Below are positions 1-9,077 of a DNA stretch of 64,000 nt, piece by piece; within the stretch, counting starts at the first letter, position 1; each line of letters begins with the position of its first letter. Where the stretch lies: NCBI GenBank assembly GCA_902587125.1, contig CACIJW010000004.1, positions 31,003 to 95,002 on the forward strand, read 5' to 3'. Under the pieces are notes generated by a model, which was not told the origin of the DNA, searched no databases, and was given only the letters and a program-made list of their open reading frames with translations. A program made the translations under genes and the position numbers. Source of the stretch: an uncultured Bacteroidota bacterium (lineage in GTDB: Bacteria; Bacteroidota; Bacteroidia; Flavobacteriales; BACL11).

Positions 1-1766
1 AAAAATGCATTTTGAGGAATTTCCACATTTCCAACTTGTTTCATTCTCTTCTTCCCCTTTTTTTGTTTTTCCAAAAGTTTTCTTTTTCTTGTGATGTCCC
101 CTCCATAACATTTGGCTGTTACATCTTTTCTCACAGCTTTTACTGTTTCTCTTGAAATTATTTTGGAACCAATAGCTGATTGAATAGCGATATCAAATTG
201 CTGCCTTGGAATTAGTGATTTAAGTTTCTGGCAAAGTTTTTTGCCTAGTGTAAATGAATTATCCTTATGTACTAAGGCTGACAAGGCATCTACATGATCC
301 CCGTTAAGTAGGATGTCAAGTTTAGATAAATTTGATATTCTATAGTCAATTGGATGATAGTCAAAAGATGCATAACCTTTAGAAATACTTTTTAGTTTAT
401 CATAGAAGTCAAATACAATTTCGGAAAGAGGTATGTCAAAGGTTAGCTCAACGCGATCTGTTGTCAAATAAACTTGGTTTTTTAAAATACCTCGTTTTTC
501 AATGCAAAGATTCATAACTGGCCCAACAAAATCAGCTTTAGTAATTATTTGTGCATTAATGTATGGTTCTTCAACATAATCCAAAGTGCTGGGATCAGGG
601 TAATCAGAGGGATTATTAATTGTGATTTTATCGCCTTTTTTGTTATGAGCAAAATATGACACATTAGGTACTGTAGTGATTACATTCATTTCAAATTCTC
701 TTTCCAATCTTTCTTGAATAATTTCCATATGTAACATTCCTAGAAATCCACATCTAAACCCAAAGCCAAGAGCAACAGATGATTCAGGTGAAAACGTTAG
801 TGAAGCATCATTAAGTTGTAATTTTTCCATAGAAACTCTGAGTTCCTCATAATCATCAGTATCAACGGGATATATTCCTGCGAAGACCATAGGCTTAACA
901 TCTTCAAATCCTAAAATTGCATCTTTTGAAGGATTATTTGTTGATGTTATTGTATCACCAACTTTTACTTCATTGGCATTCTTAATTCCTGAAATAATAT
1001 ATCCAACCTCGCCAGTGGATAATATTTTTTTTGGCTCTTGATTTATTTTTAATACTCCAATTTCTTCAGCAAAATATTCTTTTCCAGTGGCAATAAACTT
1101 TACTTTATCACCTTTTTGAATTTTACCGTTAAATATTTTGAAATAAGCTTCAATTCCTCTAAACGGATTGTAAACTGAATCAAAAATCATAGCTTGTAAC
1201 TGCGATTCAGGATCTCCTTTAGGATGTGGAATACGATCTATGACAGAATCTAAAATTTTATCAATTCCTTGTCCTGTTTTTGCACTTACTTCTAAAATTT
1301 CATTTTTACCACATCCAATTAAATCAACGATTTGATCTTTAACAACTTCCGGTTCAGCACTTGGTAAATCAATCTTATTAATTATAGGTAAAATCTCTAA
1401 ATCATTGTCAAGTGCTAAATATAAATTACTAATTGTTTGCGCCTGAATTCCTTGAGCTGCGTCTACAATTAATAGAGCACCTTCGCATGCAGCAATTGAC
1501 CTAGAAACCTCGTACGAAAAATCCACATGTCCAGGCGTGTCTATAAGATTTAAAGTATATTCAATATTATTTTTGAGGAACTTCATTTGAATTGCCTTGC
1601 TTTTTATTGTAATTCCTCTTTCTTTCTCAAGATCCATATCGTCTAGCATTTGATTTTTAAATTCTCTTTCTGAAATAGAATTTGTAGCCTGTAATAGTCT
1701 ATCAGCCAAAGTACTTTTACCGTGATCTATGTGCGCTATTATGCAAAAATTTCTAACATTTAACAT
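1..1766 (-). CDS. lepA: Elongation factor 4 (LepA); 3' end cut by window edge
   Basis: Not in the ORF track because it runs off the edge. Minus-strand translation from the ATG at 1764-1766 reads [26 protein letters not shown] (GTPase G1 AHIDHGKST). Near position 1 the same frame reads [25 protein letters not shown], the conserved LepA C-terminus. Confidence 0.93.
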   Translation of the reverse strand, partial: MLNVRNFCIIAHIDHGKSTLADRLLQATNSISEREFKNQMLDDMDLEKERGITIKSKAIQMKFLKNNIEYTLNLIDTPGHVDFSYEVSRSIAACEGALLIVDAAQGIQAQTISNLYLALDNDLEILPIINKIDLPSAEPEVVKDQIVDLIGCGKNEILEVSAKTGQGIDKILDSVIDRIPHPKGDPESQLQAMIFDSVYNPFRGIEAYFKIFNGKIQKGDKVKFIATGKEYFAEEIGVLKINQEPKKILSTGEVGYIISGIKNANEVKVGDTITSTNNPSKDAILGFEDVKPMVFAGIYPVDTDDYEELRVSMEKLQLNDASLTFSPESSVALGFGFRCGFLGMLHMEIIQERLEREFEMNVITTVPNVSYFAHNKKGDKITINNPSDYPDPSTLDYVEEPYINAQIITKADFVGPVMNLCIEKRGILKNQVYLTTDRVELTFDIPLSEIVFDFYDKLKSISKGYASFDYHPIDYRISNLSKLDILLNGDHVDALSALVHKDNSFTLGKKLCQKLKSLIPRQQFDIAIQSAIGSKIISRETVKAVRKDVTAKCYGGDITRKRKLLEKQKKGKKRMKQVGNVEIPQNAF

Positions 1767-1771
1767 ACAAA

Positions 1772-1779
1772 CAAATTTA
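1772..1779 (-). promoter_or_regulatory. Putative Bacteroidota -7 box TAAATTTG for lepA
   Basis: Exact TAnnTTTG, 5 nt before the ATG at 1766. Confidence 0.4.
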
Positions 1780-1818
1780 GTTTATTTATATTCTCAACCT
1801 AAATTATATTAAATAAGT

Positions 1819-2040
1819 ATGAAAAAAAATATGAGTACAAAAAGAAAACATGTAATTAAAGCAATAACTTGGAATTTATTAGCTATGACAACAACTTATA
1901 TTGTGTTGACGATGTTACCTCCACTGTTTGATCTTTAAGGAATATCAAAAAAAGGAGCTGGCTTTTTGGTTGCAGTAGATAGAGTGCTAAAGTTGATTTT
2001 TTATTACGGTCATGAGAGAGTTTGGTTTTCAGTTAAATAG
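1819..2040 (+). pseudogene. DUF2061-like small membrane protein interrupted by an in-frame TAA at 1936-1938
   Basis: My own translation gives MKKNMSTKRKHVIKAITWNLLAMTTTYIVLTMLPPLFDL*GISKKGAGFLVAVDRVLKLIFYYGHERVWFSVK*. The two halves together give the DUF2061 pattern (K-x-I-T-W ... YY-x-HER-x-W). Neither half alone is a complete domain. Confidence 0.45.
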
Positions 2041-2043
2041 TTT

Positions 2044-2670
2044 TTAGTTTATGTAGTGATTTGGTTCATTATCATTAACTTCCAAATCCTCCTCAATTTC
2101 CCAATTATATTTTTTTCTTTTGGGTCCATCTTTTCTGCAAATAAATGAAACTAAAACTCCAGCAATAAATCCAGTTAAATGACCTTCCCATGATACGTTT
2201 TTATGTATTGGGAAAAGACCCCAAAATAGTCCGCCGTAAATGAAAATCACTAACAATGCGACCGCACTTAATTGAGAGTTTTTTCTTAAAATCCCACTGA
2301 AAAATAAAAAGCTTGCCATGGCGTAAATTAAACCACTCGCACCTATGTGAAAGGATTCTCTTCCAATGCACCAAAGCCATAAGCCTGAAATAAAGTAAAG
2401 ATATATGAATATTTTTTTTGCAATTTGACTGTAAAAATTAAAAATAAGTAGGCATAAAATAATTACTGGTAAACTATTGCTCAGTAGATGATTAACGTCT
2501 GAATGTATTAGAGGGCTAAATAATATACCTATAAGACCATTGAAGTTTCTTGGTAAAACACCATATTCAGTAAAATCATAATCAAAAACAATTTCGAATA
2601 GTTTAACAGACCAAATAATTATTAGAATTATTACAGAAAACTTTAAGGATTTTAAATTTTTTCTTTTCAA
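2044..2670 (-). CDS. Rhomboid family intramembrane serine protease
   Basis: Polytopic membrane ORF with the catalytic Ser motif HIGASGLIYAM and a downstream His (WEGHLTGFIAG). It also has an HSDVNHL motif. TTG start. Confidence 0.8.
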   Translation of the reverse strand: MKRKNLKSLKFSVIILIIIWSVKLFEIVFDYDFTEYGVLPRNFNGLIGILFSPLIHSDVNHLLSNSLPVIILCLLIFNFYSQIAKKIFIYLYFISGLWLWCIGRESFHIGASGLIYAMASFLFFSGILRKNSQLSAVALLVIFIYGGLFWGLFPIHKNVSWEGHLTGFIAGVLVSFICRKDGPKRKKYNWEIEEDLEVNDNEPNHYIN

Positions 2671-2717
2671 TTAAATTAGATGGATGAATTAAAGTTTAAA
2701 AAGTTTAATTTTATGAA

Positions 2718-5348
2718 ATGAAAGTAAAAAAAAAAATATTTTTAGTTGATGCATACGCAATAATTTATCGTGCATACTTTGCTTTCATAAAAAATCCTAG
2801 AATTAATTCAAAAGGTTATGATACGTCAACTGTTTTTGGCTTTGCTAACTCAATTTTTGAAATCATAAATAAACACAAGCCTACACATTTAGCTGTTGTT
2901 TTTGATTCAAAAGAACAAACATTTAGACATATTGAATTTTCTGAGTATAAAGCAAATAGGCAGGAAATGCCTGATCCCATAAAAAACTCTCTAGACTATA
3001 TCTTTAAATTTCTTGATTCAATTAACGTTAAGACTTACGCCAAGCCAGGCTATGAAGCTGATGATATTATTGGAACCATCTCCAAAGCCTTAGAAAAAAA
3101 AGAATTTGAAGTTTTTATGATGACTCCAGACAAGGACTTTGCTCAGCTTGTTTCTAAAAACATAAAAATGTATAGACCTTCTAGTAAATGGAAGCCAAGT
3201 GAAATATGGGGAGTAGAAAATGTACTTGAGCAATTTAAAATTCAAAATCAAAAACAGGTAATTGATTTGCTTGCACTAATGGGAGACGCCTCTGACAATA
3301 TACCTGGTATTCCAGGCGTGGGTAAAATTACAGCTCAAAAGTTTATTTCTCAATTTGGTTCTGTAGAGAACTTACTAGAAAATGTAGATAAGATAAGTGG
3401 AAAAATTAAGGAAAAAGTGATAGATGGCAGAGAATCAGCAATACTATCTAAAAGGTTGGCAACTATTATTACTGATGTCCCAATTGAATTTGATGAGAAA
3501 GAAATGATGGTTGGTCAATTTAATTCTGTCAAACTTAAAGAACTATTTGATGAGCTTGAGTTTAGAAATCTTTCTGAAAAGATTTTTTCAAAAGAAAATC
3601 TAAAAGCAACATCTACTACTGAGACAAAACAACCTAATTTATTCACTAATGCTAGCGAAGAAAATAAATTTGAAGTTATTAAAATGGATGATTCAGAGTT
3701 TAAAAGAGAATTAAATAGTCTTAAAGGCGTATCACATTTGTCAATTGCATTAGATAACCCTTCAGATGAAAAATCCCTATGTGTTTTCATTTGTGATTCA
3801 AACAAAAAATTATTGGTAAATGAAATTAATGATGGTACAAAAAAGTTTTTAAAAGATTTTCTTGAGTCTAATTTTAGTAGCTCAACTAAAACAATCATTA
3901 GCAATAATGTTAAGTTCCTACTTAAAACTATTTTTCAACAACCAAAAAAACTTGAGACCAATTTTTTTGATCTTCACATAGCTGAGTATTTGATAGATTC
4001 CTCTGCTAACAGTCAAATAAGAAATTTAGTCGCAAAATACACTAACGCTGATTTTAATGATCACTTTGTTTTAGCTTTTTATGAAACTTACAAAAAACAA
4101 TTAGATGAGCTAAAGAGTTTCAATCTACTTGATCTTTTTCAAGAAATTGAAATTCCATTAATTTATGCTCTGCTTGAAATGGAAAAAAGTGGAATCAAAA
4201 TAGATATTAAGTTTTTAGATGCTTTTTCTAAGCAATTAGATGATGAACTATTTAAGCTTGAAAATGAAATAGTAAAAATTTCTGGAAAAACATTTAATGT
4301 CTCTTCTCCTAAGCAATTAGGAGAAGTACTATTTGATTATTTAAAATTAACGGATAAGCCAAAGAAAACTAAATCTGGACAATACTCGACCTCTGAGGAA
4401 ACATTAATAAGACTGAGGGATAAACATCCGATCATTAATTTAATACTCGAGCACAGGGAAATAAATAAACTTAATAATACTTATGTAAAAGCATTACCAA
4501 AAGCTGCTGTTTCTGAAAGAATTCACACCACATTTAATCAAACAGTCACATCAACTGGACGCTTAAGTTCTGTAAATCCTAATATTCAAAACATACCCAT
4601 TCGCTCTAGCAGAGGTAAGCTCATTCGAAAGGCATTTAAGTCAAGAAGTTCTGACTTCACTTTATTAGCTGCTGATTACTCGCAAATAGAGTTAAGAATA
4701 ATGGCATCATTAAGTAATGATAATTTTATGATTAGTGCATTTAATAACGATTTAGATATACATTCAGCAACTGCTTCAAAAATTAATAATGTTCCTTTAG
4801 AGAAAGTAACAAAAGAAATGAGATCTGATGCTAAAGCTGTAAATTTTGGTATAATTTATGGAATATCTCCACATGGTTTGTCTCAAAATCTAGGTATTAG
4901 TAGAAACAAAGCAAAAGAAATAATTGATAGTTATTTTAATGAGTTTAAAGGGGTAAAAAAGTATATGGATTTTTTAATTGAAGAAGCGAGAAACTACGAA
5001 TTTGCTAAGACAATTTTTAACAGAAAAAGACCACTGAGAAATATAAATTCAAAAAATTATGTTTTGAAATCATTTGAGGAGAGAATTGCAATCAATATGC
5101 CAATTCAAGGAACAGCCGCTGACATTATTAAAATAGCAATGATTGATATTCGTAATGAAATAGCACTTCAAAATTTAAATTCTAAAATGATTTTACAAGT
5201 GCATGACGAGTTAGTTTTCGATGTTGATAAATCAGAAATAAATGAGATGAAGAAATTGGTTAAAGAAAAAATGGAGAACGCAACAAAGTTGGCTGTACCA
5301 CTTAAGGTAGATATAGGAATTTCAAATAACTGGTTAGATGCTCACTAG
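2718..5348 (+). CDS. polA: DNA polymerase I
   Basis: 5'-nuclease N-terminus (KKIFLVDAYAIIYRAYFA, GDASDNIPGIPGVG). Family A polymerase motifs A (LLAADYSQIELRIMA), B (RSDAKAVNFGIIYG) and C (QVHDELVFD). Confidence 0.95.
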   Translation: MKVKKKIFLVDAYAIIYRAYFAFIKNPRINSKGYDTSTVFGFANSIFEIINKHKPTHLAVVFDSKEQTFRHIEFSEYKANRQEMPDPIKNSLDYIFKFLDSINVKTYAKPGYEADDIIGTISKALEKKEFEVFMMTPDKDFAQLVSKNIKMYRPSSKWKPSEIWGVENVLEQFKIQNQKQVIDLLALMGDASDNIPGIPGVGKITAQKFISQFGSVENLLENVDKISGKIKEKVIDGRESAILSKRLATIITDVPIEFDEKEMMVGQFNSVKLKELFDELEFRNLSEKIFSKENLKATSTTETKQPNLFTNASEENKFEVIKMDDSEFKRELNSLKGVSHLSIALDNPSDEKSLCVFICDSNKKLLVNEINDGTKKFLKDFLESNFSSSTKTIISNNVKFLLKTIFQQPKKLETNFFDLHIAEYLIDSSANSQIRNLVAKYTNADFNDHFVLAFYETYKKQLDELKSFNLLDLFQEIEIPLIYALLEMEKSGIKIDIKFLDAFSKQLDDELFKLENEIVKISGKTFNVSSPKQLGEVLFDYLKLTDKPKKTKSGQYSTSEETLIRLRDKHPIINLILEHREINKLNNTYVKALPKAAVSERIHTTFNQTVTSTGRLSSVNPNIQNIPIRSSRGKLIRKAFKSRSSDFTLLAADYSQIELRIMASLSNDNFMISAFNNDLDIHSATASKINNVPLEKVTKEMRSDAKAVNFGIIYGISPHGLSQNLGISRNKAKEIIDSYFNEFKGVKKYMDFLIEEARNYEFAKTIFNRKRPLRNINSKNYVLKSFEERIAINMPIQGTAADIIKIAMIDIRNEIALQNLNSKMILQVHDELVFDVDKSEINEMKKLVKEKMENATKLAVPLKVDIGISNNWLDAH

Positions 5349-5557
5349 CTGTTCTTATTGTAGAGTTGATATAAAATAATGATAAAAAGAATTCCTATAA
5401 AAGAACTTCCTGCATCTTGAATATTCCCAACTGGGTCCCAACCAAGAATTTTATCGTTAATCAATAGTTGTGTTATAACTCCAAGGCACAATAGAGTTAG
5501 GGCTAATTTGATTATGCGAATTAGGAAGGATTGAATTTTATCAAAAAAATCTAGCAT
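5345..5557 (-). CDS. Hypothetical small (70 aa) two-helix membrane protein
   Basis: ORF with two hydrophobic helices (IIKLALTLLCLGVITQLL; FIGILFIIILYQL). No family recognised. The stop codon overlaps the polA stop (CTAG). Confidence 0.4.
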   Translation of the reverse strand: MLDFFDKIQSFLIRIIKLALTLLCLGVITQLLINDKILGWDPVGNIQDAGSSFIGILFIIILYQLYNKNS

Positions 5558-5677
5558 TTTTTAAATTAAAATTAATAAAAATACTCAGTTAGAGATATTT
5601 CTCTATTCTGCTAGAGAGCATCATAAATAATGCAATTGCAAGAAGTGTACAAATAAAAGCTATCATACTAAAAAAAA

Positions 5678-5703
5678 TAGCCCTACTTTAATGCAGGGCT
5701 ATT
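5678..5703 (-). terminator. Rho-independent terminator after the 75-aa membrane protein gene
   Basis: 8-bp stem ATAGCCCT (5678-5685) / AGGGCTAT (5696-5703) with a 10-nt loop. On the minus strand it is followed by a 7-nt T-run (plus-strand A-run 5671-5677). Confidence 0.75.
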
Positions 5704-5729
5704 TATTAAACTAAAACATTGATTTAGAA

Positions 5730-5957
5730 TTATTTTCCTGTTAATAAAGAAAACAATACGAGTAAACCAACTAAGCCAGCGAAGCCAGCTCCACCTAAAC
5801 CATTAATAACAGCCATCACGTTGTCAATAACAGTCATACCAAACATTGATCCTCCTCCAAAAAGAATCTCTACAGCAACTCCAAGGCCTAAAACAGTCAT
5901 GATTAAACCAGTTAAGCCTTTGAAAAAGCCATTAAAATACTTAAATACATTGTCCAT
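5730..5957 (-). CDS. Hypothetical small (75 aa) Gly-rich two-helix membrane protein
   Basis: ORF with two hydrophobic Gly-rich helices. It has an exact TAnnTTTG box 29 nt upstream and a stem-loop plus T-run 27 nt downstream. Confidence 0.55.
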   Translation of the reverse strand: MDNVFKYFNGFFKGLTGLIMTVLGLGVAVEILFGGGSMFGMTVIDNVMAVINGLGGAGFAGLVGLLVLFSLLTGK

Positions 5958-5986
5958 AATTAATATAAATTTTGATTAATATGATC

Positions 5987-5994
5987 CAAACTTA
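5987..5994 (-). promoter_or_regulatory. Putative -7 box TAAGTTTG for the 75-aa membrane protein gene
   Basis: Exact TAnnTTTG, 29 nt before the ATG at 5957. Confidence 0.4.
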
Positions 5995-6250
5995 AAACAT
6001 AATTGTATTTGTTTATTAAATTATTTGATTTTTTTCTTTTGATGTGATTTATTCGTGAATATTTTAACGAAAATTTTTTTTTTACCCTTAAATAATTGAA
6101 AATGAACAGATTACAGTTTTTTCATATTTTTTAATATGTATTTTAACACATCTTTTTACACATTATGTTGTTAAAAACACATATTTAATATAACTCATTG
6201 AAAATTAATAATTTAAGTGTAGTTTTTCTATTTTTTCATTGATTTGAATC

Positions 6251-6955
6251 TCAGATTTTAAGATTTCTTAGATAAATCACAGTTTCATCGAAATTTTGTT
6301 GGTTTTTGTACAAATAATTCAGTTTTTCAGCAATTAGTTTAGCAGATACTAGTTCGTTGTTTTTATGGTATTCAATAAATTTATCTACAAGCGGAAAATC
6401 ACTTTTGCTAGATTTTCTTATGTGTTTTTGCATTGGAGTATCTACAATTCCTGGATGTATGGAAAAAATACGAAGATTACTATTGAGACTTTCATTTTTT
6501 AAAACTTGTGATAACAATTCAAGGCCTGATTTTGAAACACAATAAGTCGACCAGCTATGTATTGGTTTTGCAGCAGCTCCTGAGCTGATGCTAAATATAG
6601 TTTTTTTAACGTTATTAAATTTTTTAATGAACTTATTAAATAAAATAATAGGAGACATAAGATTACAATTTATTTCAGCTAATAAATCATAATTCTCTTT
6701 CTTATCAAAGGCAACAATATTGCCTAAAGTTGCAGCACTGTTCACTAATAAGATTTCATCACAGCAGATGTTAGGAAGCTCATATCTTTTTATGTTTTTT
6801 ATGTCAGATAAATCAACTGAATTATGAACGAATAAATCGTGAGTTATTTTATTCGAACGTGAAATCCCGTAAACATACCACCCCTCATTCAAAAGCAGTT
6901 TAGTTAACTCTTTGCCAACACCTGAGCTGGAGCCAGTTATTATTGCAGCTTTCAA
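6251..6955 (-). CDS. Short-chain dehydrogenase/reductase (SDR) family oxidoreductase
   Basis: Rossmann motif TGSSSGVGKE at the N-terminus. Catalytic Y-x3-K (YCVSK) and a downstream PGIVDTPM. Confidence 0.8.
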   Translation of the reverse strand: MKAAIITGSSSGVGKELTKLLLNEGWYVYGISRSNKITHDLFVHNSVDLSDIKNIKRYELPNICCDEILLVNSAATLGNIVAFDKKENYDLLAEINCNLMSPIILFNKFIKKFNNVKKTIFSISSGAAAKPIHSWSTYCVSKSGLELLSQVLKNESLNSNLRIFSIHPGIVDTPMQKHIRKSSKSDFPLVDKFIEYHKNNELVSAKLIAEKLNYLYKNQQNFDETVIYLRNLKI

Positions 6956-6957
6956 AT

Positions 6958-8103
6958 CTATACTTTTTTGAGTGTAGATTCTAAATCATAAATCAAATCT
7001 TCAATATCTTCAATACCAACACTTAATCTTATTAATGAGTCTGTTACACCACTTTTTAGCCTTTCTTGCTTGGGTATTGCAGCATGAGTCATAGAGGCAG
7101 GATGACCACAGAGTGATTCAACCCCACCTAGACTTTCAGCTAAAGTAAAAAAATGGGTTTTTGAAACAAATTCTTCAGCTTTCTTCAACGAGCTGTTATT
7201 TAGATCAAATGACAGCATGCCTCCGTAGTTTTTCATTTGCTTTTTTGCAATATCATGATTTTTATGATTAATCAGCCCTGGATAGAATACATTTTTTATC
7301 TTATTATGCTTACTTAAAAAATTAGCAATCTCTATTCCATTTTCAGAGTGTCTTTGCATTCTCACGTGAAGAGTTTTAATACCTCTTAGGGCTAGGAAAC
7401 AGTCCTGTGGTCCAGGTACAGCTCCGCAAGAATTTTGCAAGAAAAATAACTGCTCAGCTATATCATCATTATTACAAATAAGTGCGCCCATAATAATATC
7501 AGAGTGACCTCCAATAAATTTAGTTACAGAATGCATAACAATATCAGCCCCTAGATCTAGAGGGTTTTGTAAATATGGTGTAGCGAATGTATTGTCAACA
7601 CAAACTAATATTTGCTTTGACTTTACAGCAAGTGTTATTTTTTCAATATCAATTATATTTAACATTGGATTAGTTGGCGTCTCAATCCAAATTAATTTAG
7701 TTTTTTCACTCACAAGATTTAATACATTTTCATAATTAGTAGCATCACAGAAATGAAATTTAATTCCATAATTTGCAAATACCTTAGTAAACAATCGGTA
7801 TGTGCCTCCGTATAAATCATTTGTTGAAATTACTTCATCACCGGCTTTTAGTAATTTAATAACACTATCAATAGCAGCTAGTCCACTAGAGTAACAAAGT
7901 CCATGTTTTCCATTTTCTAAAGCACTAATATTATTTTCAAGTGCTAATCTCGTTGGATTTCCTGTTCTTGAATATTCAAAGCCCTTATGCTCACCAGGTG
8001 AATCTTGAACGTAGGTTGATGTTTGATAAATAGGAGTCATAATGGCACCAGTTGATAAGTCAGCAGAAAGTCCGGCGTGTATAGTTTTTGTATTAAATTT
8101 CAT
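6958..8103 (-). CDS. Cys/Met-metabolism PLP enzyme (cystathionine gamma-synthase/beta-lyase/gamma-lyase family)
   Basis: 381 aa. PLP-lysine motif HSVTKFIGGHSD. N-terminal THAG...TPIYQTSTY is typical of trans-sulfuration enzymes. Confidence 0.85.
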   Translation of the reverse strand: MKFNTKTIHAGLSADLSTGAIMTPIYQTSTYVQDSPGEHKGFEYSRTGNPTRLALENNISALENGKHGLCYSSGLAAIDSVIKLLKAGDEVISTNDLYGGTYRLFTKVFANYGIKFHFCDATNYENVLNLVSEKTKLIWIETPTNPMLNIIDIEKITLAVKSKQILVCVDNTFATPYLQNPLDLGADIVMHSVTKFIGGHSDIIMGALICNNDDIAEQLFFLQNSCGAVPGPQDCFLALRGIKTLHVRMQRHSENGIEIANFLSKHNKIKNVFYPGLINHKNHDIAKKQMKNYGGMLSFDLNNSSLKKAEEFVSKTHFFTLAESLGGVESLCGHPASMTHAAIPKQERLKSGVTDSLIRLSVGIEDIEDLIYDLESTLKKV

Positions 8104-8123
8104 GTTAATAATATATTAATACA

Positions 8124-8131
8124 CAAAGCTA
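8124..8131 (-). promoter_or_regulatory. Putative -7 box TAGCTTTG for the trans-sulfuration/SDR unit
   Basis: Exact TAnnTTTG, 20 nt before the ATG at 8103. Confidence 0.4.
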
Positions 8132-8146
8132 TAAAACATTTGTTTC

Positions 8147-8154
8147 TACATTTG
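8147..8154 (+). promoter_or_regulatory. Putative -7 box TACATTTG for the EamA transporter gene
   Basis: Exact TAnnTTTG, 15 nt before the TTG start at 8170. It is back-to-back with the box at 8124-8131. Confidence 0.35.
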
Positions 8155-8169
8155 TAAAAATTAAAATTT

Positions 8170-9060
8170 TTGAACTCAAAAATATTAGCCCATTCGGCAT
8201 TATTATGTGCTAACTTAATTTATGCGCTTAATTACACATTAGCTAAAGACGTAATGCCAAATTACATTCAACCATCTGCATTTATTTTATTAAGAGTCAT
8301 AAGCGCTATTATTTTGTTTTCTGTTTGTTATATTGTTTTTGTAAAAGAAAAAATTTACTCAAAGGATTTAGCACTATTTTTTTTGTGCGGCATTTTTGGA
8401 GTTACAATCAATCAACTATTTTTTTTTCAAGGTCTCAATTTAACAACTCCAATTAACGCAGCAATTATCATGACTACTAATCCTCTTTTGGTCATTGTTA
8501 TTTCATCAATTTATTTAAAAGAGCAAATTACAATTAAAAAAACTATAGGAGTATTTTTAGGAATTCTTGGGGCGATTATCCTCATATTAAATAATGGTAG
8601 TTTAGATTTTAATAATAATTATATGAAGGGAAATTTATTTATTTTTTTGAATGCGACAAGCTATGCACTTTATTTAGTTTTGGTTAAGCCTTTGATTAAA
8701 AAATATAACTCAGTTACAGTAATGATGATGGTTTTTTTATTTGGATCAATTTTTGTAATACCTTTTGGCTTCAAAGAGCTCATTAGCGTTGAATGGATGG
8801 TTATGCCTAAAACAATAGTTTTGGAAGTATTATTTGTTTTAATTTTTACAACCTTTTTTGCATACCTTTTAAATTCAAGTGCTTTAAAAAAATTAAATCC
8901 AACCACTGTAAGCACATACATATATTTACAGCCTATTCTGGCTTCAATATTTGCAATCTTATTGCACTCCGATCAAATTGATGCGACAAAAATAGTTTCA
9001 ATTACTTTGGTTTTTTTTGGCATATATTTGGTTTCTGTAGACAAACAAAATATTCTTTAA
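8170..9060 (+). CDS. EamA/DMT family transporter
   Basis: 296 aa and about 10 hydrophobic segments arranged as two EamA-like halves. TTG start, with no in-frame ATG near the N-terminus. Confidence 0.7.
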   Translation: MNSKILAHSALLCANLIYALNYTLAKDVMPNYIQPSAFILLRVISAIILFSVCYIVFVKEKIYSKDLALFFLCGIFGVTINQLFFFQGLNLTTPINAAIIMTTNPLLVIVISSIYLKEQITIKKTIGVFLGILGAIILILNNGSLDFNNNYMKGNLFIFLNATSYALYLVLVKPLIKKYNSVTVMMMVFLFGSIFVIPFGFKELISVEWMVMPKTIVLEVLFVLIFTTFFAYLLNSSALKKLNPTTVSTYIYLQPILASIFAILLHSDQIDATKIVSITLVFFGIYLVSVDKQNIL

Positions 9061-9068
9061 TAAATTTG
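9061..9068 (+). promoter_or_regulatory. Putative -7 box TAAATTTG for yicC-gmk-nadD
   Basis: Exact TAnnTTTG immediately after the EamA stop, 9 nt before the ATG at 9078. Confidence 0.35.
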
Positions 9069-9077
9069 TAAAAAAAA

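Noticed and set aside
3515-3904. Long antisense ORFs inside well-supported genes: 3515-3904, 13102-13464, 16407-16865, 32078-32386, 49307-49735, 51817-52245 and 56545-56934.
   Set aside because: Each lies fully opposite a gene with strong family motifs. Their products are Leu/Ser/Phe/Ile-rich low-complexity strings, as expected when A/T-rich codons are read backwards. None has its own promoter box or a recognisable domain.
6146-6182. Three copies of ACACAT (6146, 6158, 6177) and a short ACAT-T-ATGT inverted repeat in the 293-bp spacer. This could be an operator.
   Set aside because: The motifs are only 6 nt with irregular spacing (12 and 19 nt), in DNA that is about 75-80% A+T. Chance occurrence is plausible, and they lie about 190-220 nt from the nearest start codon.
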